A stretch of 63,978 bases of DNA, filler included, from Basidioascus undulatus (GCA_000826855.1; 4 parts of 4 records of this genome joined end to end with filler, not necessarily neighbours in it); one strand, 5' to 3'; counted from the whole stretch's first letter, positions 48,601 to 61,792 are shown. A program made the numbers and translations. The notes: generated by a model from the letters alone, not told the origin.

Positions 48601-51344
48601 CCTCTGCATGAGGTAACGGGCCATCGAGATAGCCGGTGGTGCTACCCCAGAAGTTGTTTCCGCGCGAACCCGCTCCGCTGTCAACCTTCGCCAACATTTC
48701 GTGAATTTCGGGCATCGGCTGAGGGCAAGCTGTCAGTGTGATTTCAAGGCTTTAATAGATAGGAAAGGGAGAACACACAAGTTCACCTCGTATATGCTCA
48801 AAGTTGGGCTCCGAGAATTGCCATGCGGCCTTCCAAACGGGAGGTTTCGGGGCCGAAAGTAAGGACGTGACCCGCTGTCCGGACAGTCCGGCGTTGACAA
48901 TGGCGAAAGGGCGCCCTTCGACGTTTTGTCGGGCGAAAGGTTTCGATTCGACAGTTCGAGAAGCACCCGAGGGGCTCAATGCAATGAAGACCGGTGCATA
49001 TACTGGATATGCATGAACCGGTGGCTCGAAAAGAGACTCCCTCAAGTCGAAGAGCGTCTCACGAAGCACCATTTTACGCCCCCTCTTTGGTGTAGGACCA
49101 TTCGTGAGGTTGGGGCACGAGGTAACCGGGAAGCCAGAGGCGCTCGAGGTCGGCAGTCGAGCACACCGTACGATGATATGTGGGACCGCGAGGAAGCTCG
49201 AGAGCGGTTCTACAAAGCGACAAGTTTTACCTCAGAGCATGTTAAAGCGGGTCAGGGGCGTGGATTGAAGCGGACTGACGAGGGAGGAAGAACGTTAGGA
49301 GCAGCGAAGGAAACCCGGGAAAGATCAGCAGAAGGTCTTGTCGAGACCGCAACACATCGCCGTGCATCGAGCGTAGACTGCAGCGATACATTGCCCACGT
49401 TGGACACGAAGGTCGCTTTAAGCTGAAAGTCTGGTGGTGTCTGCTGACTCACGCCCTGATTAGTGTTTCGTATACAGTGTAAATGATACAGTGTTGTCGC
49501 ACCTTCTCGCCGAGATGAGATACAATTGCTTCGCGCGCTGACCATTCAGACTGCACGAGCGGCAGGAACGAGATCCGATCGAGGAGGCCTTGCGGCAGTG
49601 AGGGCAGTACGCGAGTGGACTGCGAAGCTGGCGAGCTGATGCCACGGCCGATCGAATGAACTATACGATGGAATGAATTCCGGGTTAGTGGAAATATTAG
49701 CATGTTTAGCAGTATGTGGAAGGTGAGGAGAGACGAGGAGCAGACGGACACAAGGCGAGCTTACGGCTGAAAGCCCGGCGGCCGGGTTTCGTGGTTTCCG
49801 ATAACCCGCACTACAAACGACCAATCACCTTGGCGCTCACATTTTGGATGATGGATAGAAGTGCTCTGATGGTCAGGGAGCGCCTGAAGAAATACTTTTG
49901 TTGGTAGGCCTGACAAAGGCAGCGGCACACCTTAAGAGTCTGGCCGTGCGTGTCACTCAGTACCTGCGCGTTGAATCTCAACACTTTCCGACTGTACAAA
50001 ATACACCAAAAGTGTGTAGCCTTCCTCTCATACCATCTCCGGGGCTGCTCTCAGAGCCTTTCTTTCAATACCACATACGTTTTCACATCGCAAAGCCACA
50101 ACCCGTTCGTCCAACAAGGTCTTCATCAGGACACTGTTGTGACGTTGAAACGCAATCATACGTATGTTTGAGCTTTCTATACCCGGCCGGAGGGCTTCAG
50201 GCGTCAGCAGAGTGGCATAGCACATGCAAGCCAGCCGTAGTCTTTTAAAGACGCAGTCATCTTGAAAAGATCTGCTCCGCCAGTCATCAAAGACACTTTC
50301 CGAATGATCCCAAACTTTTACACCACAACTTATTCCAACGGAGTATATCTGGACGACTCAAACAAACAAGAGAGTCTCCCACAAATCCTGCGCGAACAGG
50401 TCCCATTCGTCCGAGCCATCATGCGGGGCTATCAGCAGCCTTGCTGTTCCCGCGACCGGGACGCTCGAGTTCGGATTGTCCGCAGATGTTCGATCAATCG
50501 GCCAGAGATGCAAGGTCCGTGACGACGCGATAGACACGCGAAGGTCGTGCTGCCAGCGCCTACGCATTCGCGGGACTCCGTGCGGGATCGTGAGCCCACG
50601 TCCCTTGGTCTAGATTATCCGAAACGATATACCCGAATTCCTGTAGCTGCGGGAAGCGGACGATATGTCCGGCGAGACGCACGGACTGCAGAACAAGTAG
50701 TCGGGTCAGAGTTCCCGTCGCAGCGCATTGGGGACAAAGAGAGATGAAGGGTTACCATCTATTCTTCGCGGATATCGGGTAGAAACGAGTGAAGCACGAG
50801 TCTGAGTCTGTACAGATTACGCAACGACGAAGACAAGGGCGCGAGGAAATCGAGGGGCGCGATGTTGGAAGAGAAGAGCGACTGCACAGCGACAATTCAG
50901 GCGGCTTGAGTGGACCATGCCGCTCGGCTTAGACTCACTAAGAGTTGAAATACACTGTTCGAGATGTCTGTGGAATTACAATAACGAAGCAGGGTTCCAT
51001 CAGGATGATGAGACTCTGTAAGCTTCCATCCAGCTCAGCGAGCCTGCGATGCTGCCTTGATGAACGCGTCACCCAACTCCAGCTAATCCCCCAAGACTGG
51101 AACAAAATCCTCCGTAAGCGGATCTCAATAACAACGGGAACGCCATCCCAAAATCCACAATCAGCCCGACGCCCCCCATCTCCCAACCCTCTCCTCTTAC
51201 CGCACCCCGCCGTACACGCGCACGCCCTCGCTCTTTAAACTAATCCAATACTCTACACGTCAAACAAAAAAGCAAAACAGTCCAGTCCAGTTCAAAAAAG
51301 CGGTGTATCCTCCCCTCCCCTCCCTCTCAACGTCCCTTGCTTCT

Positions 51345-52997
51345 CTACTGCTTCTGCGCCGCGGCCTGCTTCTCCGCCTCGCGCTTAATCTGCTCGAGCG
51401 CGGCGGGCGGGGGGAGGACCATGGTGGGCGGGAGGGAGGTGATGGGCGGGAGGAGGGCGGCGGAGGCTTGGCGGGAATTTTGGAATTTAGGGCGAGGGCG
51501 AGCGCGAGAGGCTGCGCGACGACGGCGTCGAGGGCAGGTCCTCTGTGATTGCATGGAGGGACGGGGCGGGGGAGACGAGCGACTGGCGGCGCGTAGGTGC
51601 GGAGCCGGGAAGGGGCGGGGCGCCGGAGGTGTATTCCAGGCTCTGCATATGCCAGGACAGACCGAGCGGAGTGAGCTTGCGGGCGGTCGGGCGGGCGGGC
51701 TAGAGACGGAGAGGGGAGAGACGCACGTCGAGAAGCCGCCTCAGGTGCTTAGCGTACGAGCGCTCGGTGCTCGCAAACTCGCGCACGACGAACCTGAACG
51801 CCCAACACATCCGTCAGCAGCAGCACGATCGGCAGGAATCGGAAAGGACTCCTCACATTCTCCGCACTTCGTCCTTCCAGTCCGGGTCCCTGACCTCCCA
51901 CTCCTCAAAGCCGCCCTCCTCTGTGCTCCCGCCGCCGCCGCTCATCGTCTCGCAGTGACCATCCTCGCTCTTCTTCCAGTCGCGCAGCGCCTCGAGGAAG
52001 AGCTGGTCGTCCGAGATCAGGTGGATTGTCTTCGGGCGCTGGAGCGGCTGTCTCCCCGGGGTGGGCGGACCGGTGGTGGACGGCGAGGAGGGCGTGAGGG
52101 AGTGGGAGAGCGAGGGCGTGCGGGAAGGAGCTGCGGACGGCGGTGACGTGGAGGAGGAGGCCGCTGCCGTCCAGTCGAAGGACGGGTCGAAGAGGAGCGG
52201 CGGCGACGAGAGAGCGCGGCGGTGCTGCGAGAGGATGGGGGACAGCTGAGGGATCGGCGGGAGGGGCCCCAGTGCCAGCTCGGCTGAGGACGGGAGTGGG
52301 GTCGGGGGCGGCGGTGGGTGGAAGGCACGGATGGAGGAACCCGCGGGGAGACTGGGGCCGGTGCTCTGCAACTTGCGTTGCCAGATCGACCGCTTCGAGA
52401 GCTTGTGCGGCTTGCGCGGAGGCGCTGGGAGCGGGCCTGCCTTGAGGACCTCGGGTGGGAGAGGAGGGACGGAGGACGCCTCCTCGAGCGCCAGGGACGT
52501 GTGCGTCGATAAGGGCGGGCCGGTCCAGACGTGGCCGAGGCTCGGGCGGCGCTCAGGCCGGGGAGGGCAAGCTATCGAGGGCAGAGAAGGTGCGGGGGCG
52601 GAGGCGGGGTTCGCGGACTCGAAGTACTCGTCAAAGACGTCCGACGCGTGCTCGACGGGTGTGGGGCCGCTCGCCCCGAATGGGGGGTGCTGCTCCGGAG
52701 TCGGAGGCGTCGGCGACTGTGCGTGCGGGGGCGGCGCCCAGATGTCGCCCGTCCAGGGCCGCACGACGGGGGAGATGCCGTACAGCTGCTCGAGCGCGGA
52801 GGGGTGGGGTTCAGCGACGCCGTCTGGCGCTGCGCCGCCAGCAGCGGCTGCGGAGCGCCTGGAGGCGGATTGTGGACCCCAGGTGATGACGCGCCACCAT
52901 GGCTTACAGGACGTCGGCGCGGGGGGGACCAGCCGGGACTTGGGGAGCTTGCGGGGTTGCGCAGGGGCGGCGTGTGGCTGGAAGAGGGCGGGATGCC
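51345..52997 (-). CDS. Pro/Ser-rich protein with a RhoGEF (DH) first-helix-like motif; 5' truncated, 3' end uncertain
   Basis: Long GC-rich ORF, then spliced DEVRRM|FVVREFASTERSYAKHLRRLLD, matching the DH CR1 pattern E...TE..Y...L. The spliced frame stops at 51487. Confidence 0.55.
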
Positions 52998-53097
52998 NNN
53001 NNNNNNNNNNNNNNNNNNNNNNNNNNNNNNNNNNNNNNNNNTTAATTAATTAANNNNNNNNNNNNNNNNNNNNNNNNNNNNNNNNNNNNNNNNNNNN
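52998..53097. other. Artificial contig-joining linker
   Basis: N44-TTAATTAATTAA-N44. Confidence 0.98.
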
Positions 53098-53194
53098 CTC
53101 CCTCTCCTTCTCCCTCTCCCTCTCTCCCTCCCCTCGCCATTTCCACTTCCCCCCCTCCATCTTCCCCTCGAATCCTGACCTCCCCCACCCACAG

Positions 53195-53435
53195 CGGCCG
53201 AATCTTCTCCATCTCCCTCATCCTCCTCGGCTCGGTCCTCTACACCTGGTTCAAAAACCAGGAAGCCCGCGCGGTGGCGGCCACGCACGCATCACAGAAC
53301 TACACGCCGCTCAGCTCCGTCGTCACCCAAGGGGTGCAGGAATCCAAGGGGGGGGACGTAATGTTCGATGCCGACGCGCGCAGCCCGACGCGCAGTGGCG
53401 CGGGCGGGAGGCGGAGTGGGGAACTGCCCCGCTGA
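53195..53435 (+). CDS. Last exon of a nucleotide-sugar transporter (GDP-fucose/TPT-like)
   Basis: After a CAG acceptor: GRIFSISLILLGSVLYTWFKNQE...*, the typical final TM of SLC35C-like transporters. Confidence 0.7.
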
Positions 53436-53506
53436 GGGCTGGGGGTCCTGCGGGAGAGGGGAGGGGAGGGGAGACGCTGAGGCCGAAGCTTGGGGGGAGA
53501 GCGCAG

Positions 53507-53714
53507 GATGGCGACGATCAGCGACGCCGGCGGGAACGTACCCGGCTGGGTCGCGGAGAAGACTATCCCGGGAGAGATCGCGGAGGTGCGCTCTTGCGTC
53601 TTCTTGCGCATGGCGGAGGGCCAGGATCTGATGCCTTTCTTGGTTCCGCGCACGCAGGACGTCCCGTTGTTCTTGAACTGGGTTCGGAAGCGCAAGCAGG
53701 ACGGGGCCTGGTGA
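53507..53714 (+). CDS. Last two exons of a DUF3074 (START-like) protein, orphaned
   Basis: MATISDAGGNVPGWVAEKTIPGEIAE|DVPLFLNWV matches the DUF3074 C-terminus (MAT.SDAGG..P.W...P..IA.DV..FL.W). Confidence 0.7.
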
Positions 53715-55154
53715 AGCTGTCATGGAGGACAGGGGGGGGGGGGGCTTGCTTTATTCTGGACACTCTGCGGACTAATGTGGATACTCTATAAGGGCCGATC
53801 GAATTCTATTCTATTTCCTTGACATTTATTTGATCGGTGATGCGTACGATCCAACGCGCCGTTCCGCGCCGCACTCCCGCACTCGTCCCTTTTGCCGCCC
53901 TCCCTGCCTCTCGACGTCAAGCGCACTCGCTCGAACGAGCTTCTCTCACCGCCGCTCGCTTTCGAACACAAAGCGGCCCTTCACGTCTCTCGCCGCTCGC
54001 ACTCCTGCTTTGCCGCCGCGCCGCCGCGCCGGCAACCCACGGCGATGGTTGTTCCCTTTTGCACTCGCTCATCTACATTGCACGTCCATACTTCTCTCCC
54101 ACCAGCTTTACCCGCAGCGCTGTCGCCCGTCACTTACTCCTTTGCGTGTCCAGGTGCGGCTCACCGTCCCCTCTGCCCTCGCTTCCGCAAGCCTTCCCCA
54201 ACAGCCTTCAGCCTCTCAGCTTCGCTTTCGTTTCAACCGACAGCGCGCTCGCCTTCGCCTCTCTCACTCATACTGCGAACACACCTAGCATCCCGGGCAA
54301 TGAACAACCCACAGCCCTCATTCATTTCACTTCATTCCAAGCCCGCACCTGCACAGTAAGGGACGGACCGCCTGCAACTGCCTCCCAGTCCTCCGCGTCT
54401 GTCCGTGCACAGAACAACGCTGTCTCCTTCACGTCCGTCGCGCAGCCTGAGCCACGGTATCTTTTGGTTCTGGTTCCTGGTTCCTTTCCCTTACTGACGA
54501 GCACTGCCGCCTTTCTGTATCTTCACCGAAAGCTTCTGGGGCTCGCGGCCTCAGTGACGATGCAGGCAGGCCCTCTGGCATCAAGGGAAAACGCTGGTCA
54601 GTCATTCAGCATCATCAGCCTTTAAGCTGAAGGCAGCGGCTTAGTAGTCGGTTGACCGCCTGAGGGCAACCCGGATATTGGGGCGTTCTCCTGCCTAAAT
54701 GAAGGATAAATGCCACGGGGAAGAAGCATGTAAGGGAGGTACATATTGGCAGCAACCTGACATGAAGCAGGAAACGCTGCCGCCGACGCATAGTTATGAA
54801 TTGTACGGCCATGTGAGGATCATGCTGTTCGGAACACGCCATCAGGAGCGACTGTAAGGGCGGCACGGGCGGCCCGGTTCTTACGCAAAGGGGGGCAACA
54901 TCCATAGAAAGGGAGACGCTTTGTCAGGGCGACAGCCCGACTCCGTGAGCGGTGGCCCTTCCCCAGTGATTCCCCCGCCAGTTACCAGCCATATGGCGTT
55001 CTGTCCTCTGATTTTTGCAAATACCGGCTCCCCACCACACGCATGCTATACAGACTTCTGGCCTGGAACCGGGCGTTGTACTTCTTATACGTGCAACTGT
55101 GAAGCCTGCACCGCATTCATCCCGCTCCTTAGGTCACTCACGCCCACCATCATC

Positions 55155-58100
55155 ATGTTTACCCATTTGCCCCTTCTGCTTCGCGCCATCTTCTTGTTTC
55201 CCAGCCTCAATGCAGTGGTCGTGAACGACACTTCATATCATCTGACCTTCAGCAACAACCATCTTTCCTTCGAGTGAACTAACTGGCACATTCTGTCTGT
55301 GGAGGCCCTCATGCTAACGTCAACGTTACAGCCTCGTCAAAAGCAATGGATACATCCGGAACCTCTTCTACGGAGGTGTCCCAGTACTGGGATCAGTTTC
55401 AGGCAATGCCAGCCAGCTGTATACTGGTCCGAATCTTAAAGGGCAGGTTGCAAAGTGGTCCGAAGCTGATGCAAGCCTTACTTGGGGATGGCCGGGGCAG
55501 ACTGCCCTTCGAACGGCTTATCACTCACCGGCAACACTACGCACGAGATCTTCACCGGCACTGACTGGGCTGGGATTAGTCGCCTCCCTTTTAGCCGCAA
55601 GTGCTTCGGCTTACAAGAGTGACCGCCCCTTACAACCTAGAATACAGCGCTTCTGGTTTCTCAGCGATTCCGAGAGCGGCCTTTACAGCTTTGTCCGTCT
55701 CGCTTACCACAATGCAATCGGGCCTTCTCACGGCACGCTGGGCGAGCTCCGGACCATGTTCTGACCAAATGACGAGCCGTGGACTCATCTGGTTACCAAT
55801 TCAGAGCAATGGGCGAGTGAGCGGTCAAGCACCGCAGCAAGCCTGGATCCTGCGACTAACGGGCAATGCACAATAGGTCCATGCCGTCAAGCGAGGCGCT
55901 CGCCGAAAAAGTCAAGGTTCAAGATGCGTGGTCTTGGCTACGCTTTCAACTTTGGAAGGCGGTCAAGTTTATTTTGTTTTGGCCTTCTATAGAATTTGGT
56001 ATCTCGACCTCACGCCCGAGGATCCCTACGTTGTTCAGGTGCGTTCGTCGCCTTGCCGCTTCACCAGCTTGTGATCCTGACTCACGCCGACTTTGATACA
56101 GGAATCCGATTACTGGACAAAGGTGAATAAGAGCGCCGCTATCTTTCACAAACGAAGGCTTTGCTTATTGCTCCGTCATTTCCTCTAGTACACCTTCGCC
56201 GACAACCAAACCAACAAAGCTCACGACCTCTCTGCAAGCCTGCGACAGCGCCCTGGGCGCTTGGTGGTGGTGAACCAGAAGGACACGCTCTTTGGCGGTC
56301 CGGTAATTACTTACTTCTTTCACTTTGATCGATAAAAGAGGGGTCGCTAAGTTCATTATTCATACAACCACAGAATCATGTCGACCTGATGGTTGACGGC
56401 ATCATCTAGTAAGGCTGAAGCTCCCTACTACCACAAAAATCCAGCTGACCTCCCGTGTTTGTTCAGCAACAAGCTCTCTACTGGGTCAGTTTGTGACTGT
56501 CCTCACTTTATCTGACCAGAATAGGTAAATTAAAACATCCCATCACTCAGCCACGGCGGTGCCACGTCTGTTTTCTGCCTTTTCTTCCTTGCCGCCCTTC
56601 CTTCTCACACTGAATCTGTTGCTTCGTTCCAGTTCCCTAGAGATCACGGACGGTTTTGATCGGACGTTCGGACCTCAGGTGCCCAGCGTCGGGTCTCCTC
56701 CATGACACGATAGCCCCTTCTCTCATCCACCTTTATCCAGTTCCTCAACAAATACGACGGGGCCAGGTAACAGCGGGGGATAAAAGCATTTCATCCTTGC
56801 GGGCAATGCATTCTACGCTCCTCCATCTTTTGCAGCATCACGACCTGCTCGCGGACGCCGAGAAATTTGCCGACCCGTCCTGGAACGCCGATTTCTACGA
56901 CGAGATTGCTCTTTATGTGGGCTCTGCGATCCATATTCTTCTTGAGTTTGAATAAGGCAACGCAACTAACTGGCTCGACGAGCGGTGTGTTGCAGGCTAC
57001 GTCCCGTCCGCTCGCCGAGGTTAATTCCACGCCAACCTTTCTATGTCCGGAGCAGGAAAGGTTGTCGCAATCCTGAGTACAATGGGTTCCATTACAAGGT
57101 GTGTTTTTTCTTGCGCATTCGTGATCAAACTGATGAGAAGCCTGAGCTGATGGATTTTTTGGAGCATTCAGGACAGCACCTTGGACCCAACAGCATACGA
57201 GTAGGGTGGTGGATGTGGAGTACGGTATTGTCGATATCTCGCGGGTGAAGGCTGGGACGTACCGCCTGACTGTCTATGCTGAGGGTTCGTGCAGTTACAG
57301 GCCGAAATCAGAAAGGTGGGTGAACAAGGGCTGATAGGAATGTTCCCTCCCGGATAGGCATCTTTGGCAACTTCGCACAGGATTGGATCGAAGTCAAGGC
57401 CGGCGACACTACCTCGATTGTCCCCGAGTGGGTGCCGGGATCTGCGGGTGAGCTGTCTGCCCCCCTTGTAACCCAAATTCTTACTCCCTGCGGGAACTCG
57501 GCTCCTGCTTTCAGGTACCGAGCTCTGGCGTATTGGAATTCTGGACATGACGTCTGGTAAGTAGTGTACCGCTCAAGTCTCCGGCTTCCCAGTCGCTAAA
57601 CTCTTCTGCTGATTCACATTCTCCTTTGCAAGGCGAGTTCCGGAACGGCTACGAGTGCGACCAGACGCACCCCAACCGGCCTTCCAGTACGTTAACTCAC
57701 TTCCTTCCTCCCCCCTCTTCAAACCTATGTTACTAAATGGTAACGTCCCGCAGAATACCGCATCTACTGGGGTGACTGGGACTTCAGGTCCCAGTTCCCC
57801 GGAGGTGTGAACTTCACTATCTGACAAAGCAACGAAACCGTTGACTGAGTAAGCGTGCTATATGCCAACCTCGCATTTTTTAAATTCTTTCTCTGCACAC
57901 CAAGCTGACCACCGTAACGACCACTTTCTGTCTACCAGAACTATGTCCACTGGTCGCAATACGGCCCCACCTACACTCGCAACGACACCGTCAACGGACA
58001 GTGCCCTTTCTTGTGCTCTCATCTCTGATAGATATCAACCGCTGGCATATCAACTTTCACCTCACCTCCTCACCATCTGAAAACGCCACCGCCACCTTCA

Positions 58101-58175
58101 CCGTCCAGCTTGCGGGCGCAAAGACCACCTCTGGCAACACGGATGAGATCAAGGGCAGCTTACCCGACTTTCCCG
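55155..58175 (+). pseudogene. Rhamnogalacturonan lyase (polysaccharide lyase family 4) pseudogene
   Basis: Signal peptide, then ordered exons: LVKSNGYI..; QRFWFL.D.ESGL..F.RLAY; ELRTMF*PN..WTHL; VQDA; DPYVVQ|ESDYWTK|YTFADN; QKDTLFGGP; DLMVDGII; GFDRT; PSWNADFYD; GYVPS.RRG*; RVKAGTYRLTVYAEG; ELWRIG; YRIYWG.WDF; NYVHWS; ATFTVQLAGAKT. Stops at 55762, 57022 and 57822. Confidence 0.88.
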
Positions 58176-58962
58176 GTACGCCCATGATCTTCACACAAGC
58201 CTTCCAGTCCCTTTATATCTGCGTGACTGACTGAATACCTAATATCTATCGATATGAAGATACATGTGGGGTCCCTCACAGACCACGTGGACCAGCTGAA
58301 TACCTTGCCAGTTTCGGCACACATGCATGGCACATTGAGTGGATGCTGGCATCAATTTCCGCTGATATCCCTTCATTGACACTGTTCCCGGGCTATTTTA
58401 AACAGTTTTCCGCGGTATTCTCATGGTATATAGCCAAAACGCCGCTCAGAATAGAGCCACGAAAGCTCACTGGCAGAGTACAAGTTGCGAAAGCCAGAGA
58501 TGCAGCAACTGCGAGGCGGCCGTCCGATCCCAAGCCTGGCACTCAACTTCTTGCACCTCAATTGATCTTTTCTGAAGACATACAATCTATCAAGAAGCAC
58601 ACACTTTGAATCAGATTGTTGGTGCAGCAAGGCAAGCCAATCTGGCAGGCAGCAGCGCAACAATACATGTTGAGACGCTGCCAACCCGCTTTGCGAGTCG
58701 ACCTCGACGAAGGACAACGACACGCGAGAAGTGCGCACCAATTTTGCTTACGTGCGCACGCTGTTCGTGCGGGGTTCGCCCGCGAACCGCCTGTTCGTGC
58801 TGCGCTCTAGGCCGAAAGCACGTGTGCTTTCGTGCTGTTCTCGCTGTCGAATGTTCCTCATCTCTTCGCCATCTCCATGATGCTCAAAATTGTCTGGAGA
58901 ACAGATACTTATTGAAGAGCTGAAAAGATAAGAAGCTGTCTCAAAAGCTCCGCGTCTACAGC

Positions 58963-60711
58963 CTACAGTCCCCCGCTGAGCGAAGCCGGGCGGAAAGGCC
59001 CCCTCGGCGTCGCAACCGTGGCGGCGTTGCGTCCGCCTGTATCCAACACCAAGTCAGTACCCACCTCACAGGCGTCTCAAAAACCAAGAAAGACACACCG
59101 CCCCTCGAAGGTGTCCCCGCAAACGCTCCGGCCGGCCTGCCCTGCTGCTGCTGCTGCTGCTGCTGCTGCTTCCTCGCCTGCTGCTGCTGCTGGGCCTGCT
59201 GCTGCTGCGCGTAGATGTTTGTCGCGGCCGCCGGTGCGGAAATCCCCTGGCGTTGCTGAGTCGGCTGGAACGCTTGGTGCGCCTGGTGGTGGATGCCCTC
59301 TTGCGAGCTCGTCGACCCCCCCATGCTTCCGCGGGGCTGGCCAAACGCCTTGGGGCCGACGTTATGCGCCCCCGCGGGACCGTGACCGGGGCGCGGGGTG
59401 GGCGGGTCGCCAGAGCCGAGCGCGAGGAGTGCGCGGCGCTTGAGCTTGTCGTGCGAGGCCTGCGGGCGGGGGTGGATAAGGATGATGAAGTGAGGATGAG
59501 GATGAAGACCGAGATGGGGATGGGGATGAAAATGGTAAGACGGACCTTGAGCTTCGTGTACTCCCGCTCGCGCTCACGCTGCGCCTCGGCGAGGTCGCGA
59601 ACCTTGCGGCGCTCGAGCTCGAGCTCGAGCTCGACGGAGGCGAGCTTATTCTGGAGGACTGCGGCGCTCTGCCCTCTGTAAGGAGCAGCAGTTCTTCCAC
59701 GGCGCGCCTGGACGTTAAATACGCACTGTTGATCTCCCCGTTGGCTGTGCAGAGTGTTGAAAGGTGGAAGGATTCTAAGCCCATGGTAACGAGCAGGCGG
59801 AAAGAAGGAAGACGCACCCTCGCGGACGATGTTATGGACCTGCTTCTCGAGCACCGCGAGGCGCTCCTGCGTGTTCTTGAGAAGCATCTGCTGGAACGTC
59901 CTGTTCGGCGAAACAGCCTTAGCGGACGCTCTTGGGAAACCCAAGTGGATAGGGACGCACGACTCCTGCGACATCTGATACTGCCAAAACGAGATTGACC
60001 TGCCGGAGCATCGTCAGCTGCGCGGCTCATGAGTGGAGAGCGAGAAAGCCTACCGAGTGCAGACCTCGAGGATGATGTTCGGGGAAAGCCCGGCAAGGAC
60101 GGACTGGTTGAGCCTGCGTGTGTCAGTGGACAGGACGAAGGGATGTGGACTGGGTCCGACTGCGAAGGCGAAGGCGAACGGTCTTGTAGTCGTTGGTCGG
60201 GTTGAGAGCACAGAGCTGTCGGTGGGTATGGGGGATTTCAATGAATCAGGGAGGATGTGAGGTTCGAGCAACGTTGGAGGATAGACGCACTACGATGTCG
60301 TCCGGCTCGGTCAGCGTCGCCTCGCATGCCGGGCACGTCTGCGAGTCGTTGAAGAGGACGTTCGCGCATTCGACTGGTATATAGATATGAGATCAGCTAA
60401 TTCTGACTGTGGATGCTGGCAACGAGTGCTTACCGCAGAAGATGTCTGCATCGCATTCGGTCTGTCAATTCTGGGTTTCTTCCCCTCGAACCGGAGCGCA
60501 CCCACGAGAGCAGGTGGTGGTCACTGGGAAAGAAGAACTCCTTGTAAAAATCAGAGGATCTCCTGAAGCCACTGCGACGACGAACCTGCCCGTCCCTCGA
60601 GCGAGAGCTGTTTCCTGCAGCGGAGCGAGTTGCAGCGGAGGTCGGTCTCCTGCCCGCCCGCCACTGACGTTCATCTGCGTTTCTCCACAGTGTCGGATGA
60701 GAGTGTACCAT
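58963..60711 (-). CDS. HEI10: HEI10/CCNB1IP1-like meiotic RING E3 ligase, multi-exon
   Basis: M|ETDLRCNSLRCRKQL...AV|TTTCSH|IFCV|ECANVLF..CPACEATLTEPDDIV|LCALNPTNDYKT|SVLAGLSPNIILEVCTR|SISFWQYQMSQE, followed by a coiled coil and a Q-rich tail. Confidence 0.9.
59143..59208 (-). repeat. CAG microsatellite (polyQ) in the HEI10 tail
   Basis: (CTG)n tracts on the plus strand encoding QQQQAQQQQQARKQQQQQQQQQ. Confidence 0.85.
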
Positions 60712-61792
60712 AGTGATCGTGGTGCTCCTAGATGGATTGGAAACTACGGACGCTGGAAGATGAGGGTGGATGGGAAGATGGTGATCGTGGTTCGAAGGAG
60801 ACCTCCGCTGGGCGAGCCGCGTCGACGCCGGACGGGCTGTGGACGGGTCGCCCAACGCCGCCTCGGCACCCAATTGACACTGCTTTTCTAAATCACAGCA
60901 TGCAGAGAGCTTCCGAAGCCTGCCCTACTGCAAACATCGTAAGCAAACCGGGCTTCCCGTCGTAGATCACATACTGTATGAGAATGCATCACAGCATCAC
61001 CCGCGGTCGCCTCTGTATAAGAGAATCGGCGAGTCTTTTTAAAATCTCTGAACGCACAGATCAGCTCACCTGGTAAAGAAGGAGGCGATTGCTAGTTTCC
61101 TCACTATTCTTCGCGAAGCGAGAGACAGCGGCCTCTGGGGTCAAACGTCTTATGCGACATCGGTGAAGTACAGCTCCCTCCAACTCTCCAGCCGCAATCT
61201 CTTCATGTGGGAAGTCCAGCGTCACCAGCATGTGGTTGGCCTGAGCGAGCGCAGGGCACATCGCACCTCCTCCAACCGCCCTGGGGGGTACCGGCTCCTC
61301 AGTAAAGCACCGCCCGCAGGGCAAGTCTACCCATACCACTTCCCGGGCGGCCGCGTCGAAGAAATCCTGTCGGCGTTAGTTCTAGTCCTGCCGGAGGTTC
61401 ATCCCACCATGAGCCTCTGTGGACCAAGGGGAACAGTATGCCAGCGACCCAGATCCTTCAGGCGTTGCTCGCGGCGCGTCCAAAGGTCTAAAAACATTCC
61501 ACCCAAGTCGGTCCCCCCACGGTTGTGAGCATCACTGCACGCTCCGGCCAAGATTGTTCAGCGGGGCAAGGTGACTGTTTGCCTCGCGACGACGCACCCA
61601 ATTGCGCCTCTGCCATCTTCACGTACAACAGTTACGCCTCATAGTTGGCCCACCAGCCTAGGAAGTACCGATTACTCGAGAAACACAGGACCATTTCACC
61701 CGCCAGCAGACCGCCGCCGATCTGCAGCGTGACTGGCGCATACTTTTCATGAATCAGGAGCACCGAGGATATGCGAACTCTCGTATCGGGTA

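Noticed and set aside
48285..51240. Transposase or reverse transcriptase ORFs
   Set aside because: Fragmentary ORFs with no DDE, YxDD, integrase or gag motifs recognised.
59612..59635. Tandem CTCGAG palindromes
   Set aside because: Explained by the codons for ELELELE in the HEI10 coiled coil.
61061..61528. Short overlapping ORFs between HEI10 and the GPI protein gene
   Set aside because: No recognisable domain or convincing exon chain.
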